Origin: Mustelus asterias
Taxonomy: Eukaryota
Reading direction: 5' to 3'
Length of the DNA: 64,000 bases
Assembly: GCF_964213995.1 (NCBI RefSeq)
Contig: NC_135830.1
Coordinates: 682,001 to 746,000 of the forward strand
Part shown: in pieces, positions 13,614 through 25,593 of the stretch
How the letters are laid out: each line of letters starts with the position of its first letter
How positions within the stretch are numbered: the first letter of the stretch is position 1
The notes under the pieces: model-generated
Told to the model about the DNA's origin: nothing
The model's database searches: none
The model's input: only the letters and a program-made list of their open reading frames with translations
Position numbers and translations under genes: made by a program

Positions 13614-13685
13614 GGGGGCATAGCTCAGTGGTAGAGGATTTGACTGCAGGTGTCAGACATCTGTGGATCAAATCCACGTGTCTTT
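13614..13685 (+). pseudogene. tRNA-Cys(GCA) pseudogene
   Basis: GGGGGCATAGCTCAGTGGTAGAGGATTTGACTGCAG matches the vertebrate tRNA-Cys 5' half; T-arm and acceptor stem mutated; T-tract downstream. Confidence 0.8.
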
Positions 13686-14256
13686 AGTGATTGTTTTTTT
13701 ATTATTGTTTCCATGTTATAAAAGTGGCTGCACTACAGAAAGCCCATGTTTGGCTTAAAAGTGGCATGTGCTGGGCTGGTCGGGAACGGCGCTATTTCAA
13801 TGAAAATATGTGTTTCTTTAATTATCTTCAATCCCAGTCCCCTGGTTACTGACACTCATCAGTGGAAACAGTTTCTCCCAATCTGTTCTATCACATCACC
13901 CGTCCACACCCCAAAATATTGAAAGCTCCGTTTCACCTTCTTTGCTCTAATGAGAGCAATCCACATTACTATAATCCCTCCACAAAACTGCATTTCCTCA
14001 TCACTGAACATGATGCATGGCGGAGGATTGAGAGGAGATGTTGAAAAATATCGTCATTTGGCAGGCGGGGGAAATTGAGAAGGAACCAGACCAGAAAATC
14101 CAGTCTGCACCTTTGTGAATCTTTAGAAACTCATTGGGAACTGGAATCAGAGGAGAATGAAGGTTGAACTGTCTGACTGAGCAAAGACAATCAAGGCACC
14201 TTCCACTTCTTTAAGAGACTGGACCATTGACTCTGATTTTGTCAGTGAAATTAACT

Positions 14257-15272
14257 AGAACATTGAACATGGAACAGTACAGCACAGAACAGGCCCTTCG
14301 GCCCACAATGTTGTGCCGAGCTTTATCTGAAACCAAGATCAAGCTATCCCACTCCCTATCATCCTGGTGTGCTCCATGTGCCTATCCAATAACCGCTTAA
14401 ATGTTCCTAAAGTGTCTGACTCCATTATCACTGCAGGCAGTCCATTCCACACCCAAACCACTCTCTGCGTAAAGAACCTACCTCTGATATCCTTCCTATA
14501 TCTCCCACCATGAACCCTATAGTTATGCCCCCTTGTAATAGCTCCATCCACCCGAGGAAATAGTCTTTGAACGTTCACTCTTTCTATCCCCTTCATCATT
14601 TTACAAACCTCTATTAAGTCTCCCCTCAGCCTCCTCCGCTCCAGAGAGAACAGCCCTAGCTCCCTCAACCTTTCCTCATAAGACCTACCCTCCAAACCAG
14701 GCAGCATCCTAGCAAATCTCCTCTGCACTCTTTCCAGTGGTTCCACATCCTTCTTATAGTGAGGTGACCAGAACTGCAGACAATATTCCAAATGTGGTCT
14801 CACCAAGGTCCTGTGCAGTTGCAGCATAACACCACGGCTCTTAAACTCCAACACCCTGTTAATAAAAGCTAACACATTATAGGCCTTCTTCACAGCTCTA
14901 TCCATTTGAGTGGCAACCTTCAGAGATCGGTGGATATGGACCCCAATATCTCTCTGTTCCTCCACAGTCTTCCGAACCCTACCTTTGACCCTGTAATCCA
15001 CATTTAAATTAGTCCTACCAAAATGAATCACCTCACATTTATCAGGGTTAAACTCCATTTGCCATTTTTCAGCCCAGCTTTGCATCCTATCTATGTCTCT
15101 TTGCAGCCTACAACAGCCCTCCACCTCATCCACTACTCCACCAATCTTGGTGTCATCAGCAAATTTACTGATCCACCCTTCAGCCCCCTCCTCTAAGTCA
15201 TTAATAAAAATCACAAAGAGCAGAGGACCAAGCACTGATCCCTGTGGCACTCCGCTAGCAACCTGCCTCCAA
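14257..15272 (-). mobile_element. CR1 LINE, 5'-truncated
   Basis: ORF 14339..15250 runs [31 protein letters not shown]; same subfamily as 2513-4148. Confidence 0.95.
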
Positions 15273-16301
15273 CTGATCGGAGATATTGGAAGTATTCTCG
15301 TTACTGCACATCAGGAATTCAAACCTAATATCAGCTTCGGGACAATCAGAATATTTGGTTGCAGATAAGACACTGAAAGGTTTGAAGGCAGATGGCACCG
15401 GTTGTAGGAGAGCTGTTTCCTGGTGACATGGATGTGTTTGCAATGGGTGGGCTCCGACTATTAGACTTAACTTGTGTCTACATCTAACCCATTAGAAATT
15501 AATTAAATTATTCCATTCTAACAACCTCATTAATTATTCTCTCTTCCTCAGTTTTACAGCGAGTGAGACAGAGAAAAGCAGCAATATTCCAGCCCCCCAC
15601 TCTCCAAACACTGCCTGCCAGCAGAAAGCACTGGCGATTTTGATCGGTGTATTTTCTAAATGGCGATGAGTAAATATTCCATATTTTGATTGATACCCAA
15701 TTCAGTTCACATTCAACAATTAACTTGAATTCAGAAACTTCAGAACAGTGACATTTGATAATTTTTCTGCCCCGTTTAGCACCTGGGACCTGCGCAAATA
15801 TGAACTGAATGTGATAACCCCTTCAATACAGAATAGTCGCTCAGGCTGAAAGCGACTGGTCCAGAAGGTCAAACTGTGCGGTCTGATTGAACTTCAGAAG
15901 CTGTTTGGTGGAATTACAATTCGGCTGAAAACCTTATTCATGCAGCAGATAAATTGATCTAACATTAGAACCATGAAATGAAATTTTGCCAATTTTTGTC
16001 TGTTTCGCCATACCTGAGCATTTTGCAGAATATTATTTCATACTTGGGGAAGAGCAACTGCAGTGAGGCTGTTAGATAATGTTTTCTCTCAATTTTTAAC
16101 AACAAACGGAGATGAGGTAACTTTTCCTCACACTGAGTGATGAGTAAGTTTGAACAATTGTGCTATTTCAAATAGGGAATCTTTCACATGTTAGGTGAAT
16201 GCATTAAACACTACACTTCAGAAACAGAGAATACATGGTTCTGAAGTACAGTCAGACTGCATAGTTTGACGTTCTAGCCGGTTGCAGTGTTGTAATGCAT
16301 C

Positions 16302-16370
16302 GTTTCTGTAGTGTAGTGATTATCACATTCACCTAATGAAAGATTCCCGGTTCGAAAGTGGGCGGAAACA
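16302..16370 (+). pseudogene. tRNA-Val pseudogene (probably AAC-derived)
   Basis: GTTTCTGTAGTGTAGTGATTATCAC...CCCGGTTCGAAAGTGGGCGGAAACA matches tRNA-Val, with a deletion in the anticodon arm. Confidence 0.8.
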
Positions 16371-17300
16371 TTTGTACATACTTTTAACCTCAGAGTGAGG
16401 AAAAGAGTAATAACTCAAGTTTATTGTTGAATATTAACTGAATGCTGTACTTCACACTGTGTTACATTTATCCTTCCCTTTCACAGTTCAGTAAACATTC
16501 AAACCCAACAGATTATATTTCACTGACTCTCCTTTCCAGCTCTGATGGTTCAGAAAGCTTCTCTCCAATCTGCACATTCCGGCTGATTGCTGTTGATTTG
16601 TGTCAGATTATTAAAGGCTCCTGCAGCCGTTAATAACAGTCTCTGGAAATCACATTTCAGACGGTGAAACAAACACATCAATGATTCTCTCTTCCCCTGA
16701 TCCACAGTGAGTGAGACAGGGACAAGCAGCAGGATTTTACCCCGCACTCTCCAATCACCTGCTGTCAGCAGAAATTCGCGACTGCAGGAGCATCTGTACA
16801 TTGTTTTAAACTCAGAGTGTGGATCAGTAATTTATTGCTAAAAATTATTTTACATTGTATTTTACTTTTCCCCATCCCTCTACAGTTCTGTACAAGCTCA
16901 AAACCAATATTTTTCCCTGACTCCCGTTTCCAGCTCTGACGATTCAGAAAGCTTCTCTCAAGCTTGCACAATCGTGCTTTTTTGTTTTGTTCGCTTGTGG
17001 AACTTGGGCGTCGCTGACCAGAAGACCCCTAGTTGAGATACAACCACATTACTGTGGCTCTGGAGTCACATGTGGGACAGACCAGGTAAGAACAGCAGAT
17101 TTGTTTCCCTAAAGAACATCAGTGAGTCATGGGTTTTTTCCAACAATGGACTGCGGTTTCATGGTCATCAGTGGATTTTTCCTTCCAGATTTTTTTTTTT
17201 TGGTTGAATTCAAATACCACCAGCTGTCGTGGCGGGTGCCCAGAACATGAGCTGGTCTAGCGATAATACCACTTGGCCATCATCTCACTGAAAATACATT

Positions 17301-17395
17301 TGCTGCAGGTGAGACTTGAACTCACAACCTGGACATAGCCCACTGGTTGCACTGCTGTATAAGTACCACACACTAACCAATAGCGCCACTGGAGC
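17301..17395 (-). pseudogene. Intron-containing tRNA-Ile(TAT) pseudogene
   Basis: Reverse complement reads GCTCCAGTGGCGCTATTGGTTAGTGTGTGGTACTTATA-[~20 nt intron]-ATGTCCAGGTTGTGAGTTCAAGTCTCACCTGCAGCA, followed by a TTTT terminator. Confidence 0.85.
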
Positions 17396-18354
17396 ACTGC
17401 TGCCTACATATTTGTGTCAGATTATTAAAGGCTTCAGCAGCGTTCCCTCCATGAACAGCAGTGGTTCGAAGCCACATTTCAGATGGGTAAACAACCCTAT
17501 CAATGATTCTCTTTCCCCCGGCTCCACAGTGAGTGAGACAGGGACAAGCAGCAGGATTTTATCCAGCACTCTTCAGTCACCCGCTGCCAGCAGAAAGCAG
17601 CGACTGCAGCTTCAATCAGCGGGTCTCTGTCCATCCCTGGGACCCAAGGTCCTCCAACCCGGGCTAAGCCTCCCAATACACTGAGCACAAGCTCAGAAAA
17701 GTGTAGATAGATTATATGCCGCTCATTGAACCTTCGACCAGCATTTGCACAATACCCGAGTGAGTCACAAACAATATTCACACCAACTTTCTAAAACTTT
17801 TCAGTAATTAAAGTTCCTTCATTTGATTGAAAAGCTGAATGTTTTGTGAATCTGAAAATGAGCACCATGTGATTAGTATTTCCCAAAGACTTGTTCCCCA
17901 GTGTTTGTCCGTCAGGTTTGCAATTCCATTTGTGTTGGATATTGAAGCGCGAATCTCATTCCAAAATGAGGACAAAACCAGGAAAATATTAACTCCTGGA
18001 ACAAACCTTGAGGGAAATGGTTCACAATGTTTGGAAGGAGGTGCAGCTGTGAATGGTTTTAGTGGTGATTGAGTGGAAAGTGTTGGAGACTTGGGCTTCT
18101 GCTGGTCAATTCCCTTCCCTCGAATTGAATTCCTTTTTTGTAATAAGAGGCATGGATTATTTTGCCTGCTCATCCGTAGGGGAAAGGGAATAACAAACAT
18201 ACCACAGCAATACTGCCAGATCAAAATAACCAAAGAGACTGGTAGAAAATTTTAAACGGTCCGACCACGCTGTAGTTCTGGATCAGGTTTTGCAGAAATA
18301 GAATTGTGGTCATTGGCACACTGGTTTACAATATCTTTAGCAGGCGCTGGTGCA

Positions 18355-18428
18355 GCTTCTGAGGCGTAATTGGTCAGCACATTCGGCTGTTAACTGAAAG
18401 GTTGGCGGTTCAAAACCACACGGGAACA
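18355..18428 (+). pseudogene. tRNA-Asn(GTT) pseudogene
   Basis: GGCGTAATTGGTCAGCACATTCGGCTGTTAACTGAAAGGTTGGCGGTTCAAAACCAC matches tRNA-Asn; stems partly broken. Confidence 0.8.
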
Positions 18429-18659
18429 GAGCTCTTGCAGTTTTCTCCCCATGAGCATTCATAGGCAAACAGTTGCAGATTGGCAGTGGGCCTGTGGCGT
18501 CGACAAAATTATCTCCCAGGTGTTACCAGCTGTACAGTTATCTGGTGTTACCAACATTATTTAATTAATGTTGAGTTCAAACATATTTCATCTATATATA
18601 TACCATTAAATGTAAAAATTAGAAGCAAAACATTAATTTGTGGGTGAGCATTTGTTCCA

Positions 18660-19580
18660 ATTCCATATTCCTGCTCCCTTTCATTCCTGGACAGATCAGA
18701 AATCTGTCTAACCCAGGCTGAAATGTGTTTACGATGGAGTGTCTACGACCCTCTGGGATAGAGAATTCAGAAGATTCACAATCACTTTGAGTGAAGCAAT
18801 GTCTTCTCATCTCGGTCATAAATAATTGGTGCCTTACCCTGAGATTGTGCCCTCGTGTTTTGGATTCTCCAAACAGGGAAAATAATCTCTCAGCATCCAC
18901 TCTATCAAACACATGGAATCATAGGATCCCTGCAGTACAGAAGAAAGCCATTCGGCCCACCGAGCCAGCAGTGACAACAATCCCACTGACGCCATATCCC
19001 CGTAACACCTTGCATTTAAATGCTAATCCCTCTGACACTGAAGGACCAGTTAGCATGGCCAACCCATTGAACCCACACATCTTTGGACTGTGGGAGGAAA
19101 GAGAATCGCCAGGAAGGAAAGCCACGTCGACACAGGGAGAACAAACAAACTCCACACAGTCCCGAGGCCAGAATTGAACCTGTCTCCCTGACACTGTGAG
19201 GCAGCATTGCTGCACTCAGTCAGTAGTGCTTAGGTTTCCTTGAGATCTCCTCTCATTCCGCTAAACCACCAGAGAATTTCCGTCAAATTTAGTCAGCCAG
19301 GCATCACAGGACAACGCCCTCATCCCAGAGAAGTATCGAGTGAACCTTTGTTGTACTGTCTCCAATACAAGTATAGCCTGCTCTGACGAAGAGTCATCCT
19401 GACACAAAGTGTTGACTCCATCCTCTCTCCACTGATGCTGTCAGACCTGTTATGATTTTGCAGCATTTGATTCAGATTCCAGCAAACTCAGTATTTTGCT
19501 TTTATTCTGTCTTAAATGTGGAGATGCAAACTACACTCACTGTTTCAGATGTTTCTCAACAAAACCCTGAACAACTGTCG
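18660..19580 (-). mobile_element. Old CR1 fragment interrupted by an HE1-like SINE (18913-19213)
   Basis: ORF 18619..18912 contains DRVDAERLF..GESKTRGHNLRVR; SINE central domain present on the minus strand. Confidence 0.7.
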
Positions 19581-19723
19581 CGAGACGTAGAACACTTGAA
19601 TGGAAACTTAACTCCATGCTGAAGGCTGGAAGGAGAGTGTGACTGTAGATAATTGGCACTGTGTACATTCCTGTAATCAGTAACTAGGAAGATCAGGAAG
19701 ATGAGATATCTGTGTCTCTTTAT

Positions 19724-20078
19724 ACAGTAAGAAGTCTCACAACACCAGGTTAAAGTCCAACAGGTTTATTTGGTAGCAAAAGCCATTAGCTTTCGGAGCG
19801 CTGCTCCTTCATCAGGTAAGTGGGAGTTCTGTTCACAAACCGGGCATTTAAAGACACAAACTCAATTTACAAAATAATGGTTGGAATGCGAGTCTTTACA
19901 GGTAATCAAGTCTTGACAGGTATGCCCTGTTTGTGAACAGAACTCCCACTTATCTGATGAAGGAGCAACGCTCCGAAAGCTAGTGGCTTTTGCTACCAAA
20001 TAAACCTGTTGGACTTTAACCTGGTGTTGTGAGACTTCTTACTGTGTTTATCCGAGTCCAACGCCGGCATCTCCACAT
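19724..20078. mobile_element. Penelope-like pseudo-LTR pair in inverted orientation
   Basis: Arms ~19724-19848 and ~19922-20045 are reverse complements; 11-bp TSD TCTCTTTATAC at 19715-19725 and 20078-20088. Confidence 0.85.
19946..19986 (+). ncRNA. Minimal type I hammerhead ribozyme motif in Penelope pseudo-LTR
   Basis: CCACTTAT-CTGATGA-A-GGAGC-AAC-GCTCC-GAAA-GC-TA-GTGG has the intact core, stem II, a palindromic AGCT stem III, and stem I pairing CCAC/GTGG. Confidence 0.75.
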
Positions 20079-20574
20079 CTCTTTATACTGTCATCTCTAA
20101 ATTTCATCTCCTCTAAGTACCGTGTGTCTTGCACTCCCTTGCCCTGCTTTCCAGGTAAAGCTCGGGTTCACCAACTGCCTGTGTCTCCATCAAGCAGCCA
20201 GTTTGACCCTGGGAGCTGGACGGCCAGAGGGAGCAGGACGACAGGCAGTGACAGAAACAGGAAGAGATCTGACATGATCATGTTTAGTAAATGATTTGTG
20301 TCAGTTGTTCTCAGTGATGAATGTCTGCCATGTGTTACATTGTAAGTTTCACAGGAGCCACAGTGATGAGGTTGGTGGGTTTTGGAAATTGAAAGTTACA
20401 CAGGAGCAGCTTGCGGGATTATTTCACCATACTGCTGATTCCATATTTCCGACAACAACAATTGCTTTTATCATTGGCTGAAGCAGTCACTTATGTTCAA
20501 TCTAAACATGACAATTTGAAGGAGAAACTTGTTTTTGGTGGATAAGTTAGGCTTTCAAATAACTCCCATCAACT

Positions 20575-20614
20575 TCACTGATGGTCTACTGGTTAGGATT
20601 CAGTGCTCTCACCG
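20575..20614 (+). pseudogene. tRNA-Glu(CTC) 5'-half remnant
   Basis: TCACTGATGGTCTACTGGTTAGGATTCAGTGCTCTCACCG matches tRNA-Glu(CTC) up to the anticodon arm, then breaks off. Confidence 0.7.
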
Positions 20615-20929
20615 AATCTGACAGGGTGGAAGTCAGGAGTGATTCATTGGGAAAAGCCTCTCGGCTCATGGCCTCAGTATGAGGGAAACAAAGAATCACA
20701 GTAAGATAACACCGCAGAATGAGGCCATTGCAAAGTACATTGCAGGACTCACAAGAGCTGTGGATAAAGGGGAACCAATGGCTGTGCTGTACCTAGATTT
20801 CTAGAAGGCATTTGGTATGTTGTCACATTAAAGGTTATTGCAGAAATTAAAATCACATTGCGCAGAGTGTGAAATTGGCTTGGATAGGAGATTGGAGAGC
20901 TAACAGGGAAGAGAGCTGCTCTCACTGAG

Positions 20930-22333
20930 GAACAAAGAACAATACAGCACAGGAACTGGCCCTTCGGCCCTCGAAGCCCGCGCCGCTCCCTGATCCAACC
21001 TAGACCATTCCTTTGTATCCTTCCATTCCCACTCCGTTCATATGGCTGTCTAGATGAGTCTTAAGCGTTCCCAGTGTGTCTGCCTCCACCACCTTGCCTG
21101 GCAGCGCATTGCAGGCCCCCATTACCCTCTGTGTAAAATATGTCCTTCTGATATCGGTGTTAAACCTCCCCCGCTTCACCTTGAACCTATGACCCCACGT
21201 GAACGTCACCACCGACCTGGGTAAAAGCTTCCCACCGTTCACCTTATCGATGCCTTTCATAATTTTATACACATCTATTAAGTCTCCCCTCATCCTCTGT
21301 CTTTCCAGGGAGAACAACCCCAGTTTACCCAATCTCTCCTCATAACTAAGCCCCTCCATACCAGGCAACATCCTGGTAAACCACCTCTGTACTCTCTCCA
21401 AAGCCTCCACGTCCTTCTGGTAGTGTGGCGACCAGCATTGGATGCAGTATTCCAAATGTTGCCGAACCAACATTCTATACATCTGCAACATCAGACCCCA
21501 ACGTTTATACTCTATGCCCCGTCCTATAAAGGCAAACATGCCATATGCCTTCTTCACCACCTTCTCCACCTGTGACGTCACCTTCAAGGATCTGTGGACT
21601 TGCACACCCAGGTCCCTCTGCGTATCTACACCCTTTATGGTTCTGCCATTTATCGTATAGCTCCTCCCTACATTAGTTCTCCCAAAATGCATCACTTCGC
21701 ATTCATCAGGATTGAACTCCATCTGCCATTTCTTTGCCCAAATTTCCAGCCTATCTATATCCTTCTGTAGCCTCTGACAATGCTCCTCACTATCTGCAAG
21801 TCCTGCCAATTTTGTGTCGTCCGCAAACTTACTGATCACCCCAGTTACACCTTCTTCCAGATCGTTTATATAAATCACAAACAGCAGAGGTCCCAATACA
21901 GAGCCCTGCGGAACACAACTAGTCACAGGCCTCCAGCCGGAAAAAGACCCTTCCACTACCACCCTCTGTCTTCTGTGACCAAGCCGGTTCTCCACCCATC
22001 TAGCCACCTCCCCCTTTATCCCATGAGATCCAACCATTTTCACCAGCCTACCATGAGGGACTTTGTCAAACGCTTTACTAAAGTCCATATAGACGACATC
22101 CACGGCCTTTCCCTCGTCAACCATTCTAATCACTTCTTCAAAAAACTCCACCAGGTTAGTGAGGCATGACCTCCCTCTCACAAAACCATGCTGACTATCG
22201 TTAATGAGTTTATTCCTTTCTAAATGCGCATACATCCTATCTCTAAGAATCTTCTCCAACAACTTCCCCACCACGGACGTCAAGTTCACCAGCCTACAAT
22301 TACCCGGGTTATCCTTCCTACCCTTCTTAATAA
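20930..22333 (-). mobile_element. CR1 LINE, 5'-truncated, inserted into an older + strand CR1 (20730-20910 and 22334-22640)
   Basis: ORF 21000..22289 (429 aa) is an uninterrupted RT domain with FADD. Confidence 0.95.
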
Positions 22334-22952
22334 TCTGGTTGGTAGGAAGTGACGAGTGGTCCGCCAGAAGGATTGGTGCTGGGGCCTCAACTGTTTATAA
22401 CTTATGTAAAAGACTGAAAGTCTGGTTACTGAATTTGCTGATGACACAAAGATAGGTATGAAAGCACATTATGAAGAGGATGTGATTCGGCTACAATTGG
22501 GACATTGATAAATTAATTTAAAGGGCAAATATCTGGCAAACGGATTATAATTTCAGGAAAAGTGAAATTGTCCATTTCAGCTGGAAGAACAATATAAATC
22601 TGCTCATTAACTGAATGATGAGAGATTGCAGAGCTCTGAGGTGCAGCACCCGGAGGAAACCCGCAGGAGAATGTGCAACCTCCACACAGAGAATGACCAG
22701 AGCGGGGAATCAAACCCAGCTCCCTAGCGGTGTGAGGGAGCAGTGTTAACCACTGTGCCATCATGCTGCTTGCTGTGGCTGATCTTGTATGTGTCATTGG
22801 ACCCGCGGTCAATAATTTGATGGGTTCACTTCATGTTCCGGCCAAAGAAACAATCATTGTTTCATTGGCTGAACAAATAATTTGTGTTCGAGCTAAACAT
22901 GTTATTTTGTCGGAGGAATTTGGAATATGAAATATTTTTTGCCACCACAGCT

Positions 22953-23022
22953 GCACCGCTCGCTCAGTTTAAAGAGCATCAGACTCAATCCCAGGTCGTG
23001 GGTTCAAGCCCCAGGTTGGGGG
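22953..23022 (+). pseudogene. tRNA-Lys(CTT)-derived pseudogene
   Basis: GCTCAGTTTAAAGAGCATCAGACTC--AATCCCAGGTCGTGGGTTCAAGCCCCAGGTTGGG matches tRNA-Lys(CTT) with an anticodon-loop deletion; TTTTT downstream. Confidence 0.8.
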
Positions 23023-25109
23023 GCACCGTTATTTTTATACTTTGCCCCTTTCCTGGGTGAACTCCAGCTCCCCATTCCTCCGGCAGTGTCACCGCTCAAA
23101 CTGAGTCATTCTCCATCCCACTTTATTAACCTCACAATTATTAGCTTCTGATTCAAAACTGCCCCCACGTAACCGGAATCAGAGAGTTTGTTGTTTTATT
23201 CAAAGAAAGGCCGTCTTTTGATTTAGCCCGAGACATGCATCCAGATCTGGACGATGTTTCTGCCAGTGTAAACGATGAAATCTGACCAATTTCCAGGCAG
23301 ATGTATTGCCTTGAATCATCATCTCTACCATCAGCGCTTTGCAGCCAATCACTGCCCTTCTCATGTTTTTGAACTGTGGCCGATGTGAAAAATTTAACCC
23401 GGACGCGCAAAACTTTAAACCTCACTCCACTGATTCTGACAAAGCTGTTTTCAATCAGGAAGCAATTAAACAGATGATTAAAAACAATGAATCTTCATAT
23501 ATCGAATATATTATAGCCCAGCTATGGTGGTGAATGTGCCAAATCTGAAAAACTGGACCACCAGGATCTCATCCTGCTAGTTTCCCAGATGTTGATAACA
23601 GGAATGGGCACAGTGCTAATGATCCAAAATCACACTCTCCTTCCAGTCTTGTGCATGTTGTTAAGATTTGATTTTTTTTGTCATATTTTTACACTGGTTT
23701 CCGTTGTGACGAAAGCAGAGCTGTGATGAGATAATATTGTTCAGCAAATGTACCACAGTAATGTTTATAACAGCTTGATGTGAACATTGCTCTTCGAAAA
23801 TGCAAGAAAAACTCAAGAAGTCAGAGGCAGCATCTTTTCACTTGTTCCTTGCTGGGCAGAGCATGTGCTTCAACGAGCATGTTTTCATAATATTTTGATT
23901 TCTTTTCGAATAGAAGAGTTCCTCTGTGCAAAGAGACCATGCTTGTTACTACCCTACTGAAAGTCTGCACTTTGAGAACCGAGTGCAACTGTCTAGAATG
24001 CCACACCGCTTTGTCAAGCTTCGACACTTTGGGTCTATACGTTGCAGAAATTGAATTCCACTGTTCACAGTGGGAATAGTGCAGACAGACTGATGGAATG
24101 ATGTCATCATCAAATGGCACAACACTAAGAGAGGACCTTCGACCATCATGTCCATAGAATTTGAGGAGCAGAGATTCCACAGAAAATCATGCTGTACGAG
24201 GAGATCGAGAGATTGGGAGGAAAAATACTACCGAGTAATTTACACAGGAGGATCAGAAACTTAAAATTGCTCCAATCTTTTAACAGGAAGCTATGTAGGT
24301 CAGCGAGCAGCAGCTGACTGCGCGAATCAGACGTTCTGTGAGTTAACATAGGGGTAGTTTGTGAGGATCTTAATGAAGAATATCCATTTGCATCCCAGAA
24401 CTGACATTCAGCTGGATCAGCACTGCCCTGTTTCCAAAACCAATGTTGATCCTTGAAAATGTACAGAATCAATTACATAAATGAATATAAATATGAAGTC
24501 TTAATAGTTGAATGGTTTCAAGAGGGAGATCGGCATATTTCTGATATAAAAGGGAAATAGGGTCATGGGGAGCAGGTGGGGAGTTGGATGTGAGACCAAA
24601 GAGAGGTCAGACATGATCTTATTGAATGGCGGAGCAGAGAGGGGTGATTTTGACTATTCTGCTCTTAATTCCGATGTTCCTATGTTCTTAGTTCCAAAAT
24701 TGTATAAGAATTCCTGTTAATTATTCATGTCATTGGATCAGGAGAATGTTGTTAATATTCACACACTGTGCATGGGCACCGCAGAAGCTGACGCACCTCT
24801 TTTAATATTGATTTTTGTTTGAACTCAGAGTTTTCAAAAAGAGAATTGGAAAAATCATTTGAAATGAAGACAATGCAGGGCATTGATGAAAGCCAAAGAC
24901 ATTGGAACTAACAGGTTAGGTTTCTGAAAACAAACTGCCATAGACATGAAGGGTCGAATGGTCTCATGCTGTGTTGTAATTTTACGATTTTATTGTTCAA
25001 TTAATTTCTCTATAACATTCCGAAATAACCTGTCCAATTTCTATCTCTGCAAAATAAGCTCTAGAATCACAGCATAACTGCACAGTCTGAAATGCAGCAT
25101 TGCTTACAT

Positions 25110-25182
25110 GTTTCTGTAGTGTGGTGGTTATCACACTCGCCCTGCACACAAAGAATTCTCCGGTCAAACCCGGCAGTAATGT
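25110..25182 (+). pseudogene. tRNA-Val pseudogene
   Basis: GTTTCTGTAGTGTGGTGGTTATCACACTCGCC..CCGGTCAAACCCGGCAG matches tRNA-Val; degenerate. Confidence 0.75.
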
Positions 25183-25593
25183 TGTCAAATTATTTTAATT
25201 TCATAATGAGGAAAAGTTCAATAATTTGTAGATTTACCATGAACTATTAACTGGCTGTTGAGTAATTCCATATTTTATGATTGTAAGTCAGGAGGCGAAT
25301 GGTTAAAATGAAAAGAATGAAAAGAAAAGGGAAAAAGTTGTGACGGAGAGCAAGGCAGAATGCTTAAATAACACAAGGGATGAGGACAAGGCAACATTGA
25401 CCTGTGATAGTGGAGCCCGGGTGGTGCATTGGTTCAGCGTTAATGCTTTTACCAGCACATCTCGGGCTCCATTTAAGGTGAATAATCTTTTCGTAAACAG
25501 ATTATTTTATCTGAGAAACGTGTTTATTGTGTAAGGGACCACTAGGAAGGCAATAGGTAAACTGATCATTCTCAGTTAATTGGGAAGGACACG

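Noticed and set aside
16550-16801. LRR-like peptide GAFNNLTQI in a minus-strand ORF
   Set aside because: Single partial motif without LRR periodicity; frame not conserved in the paralogous copy.
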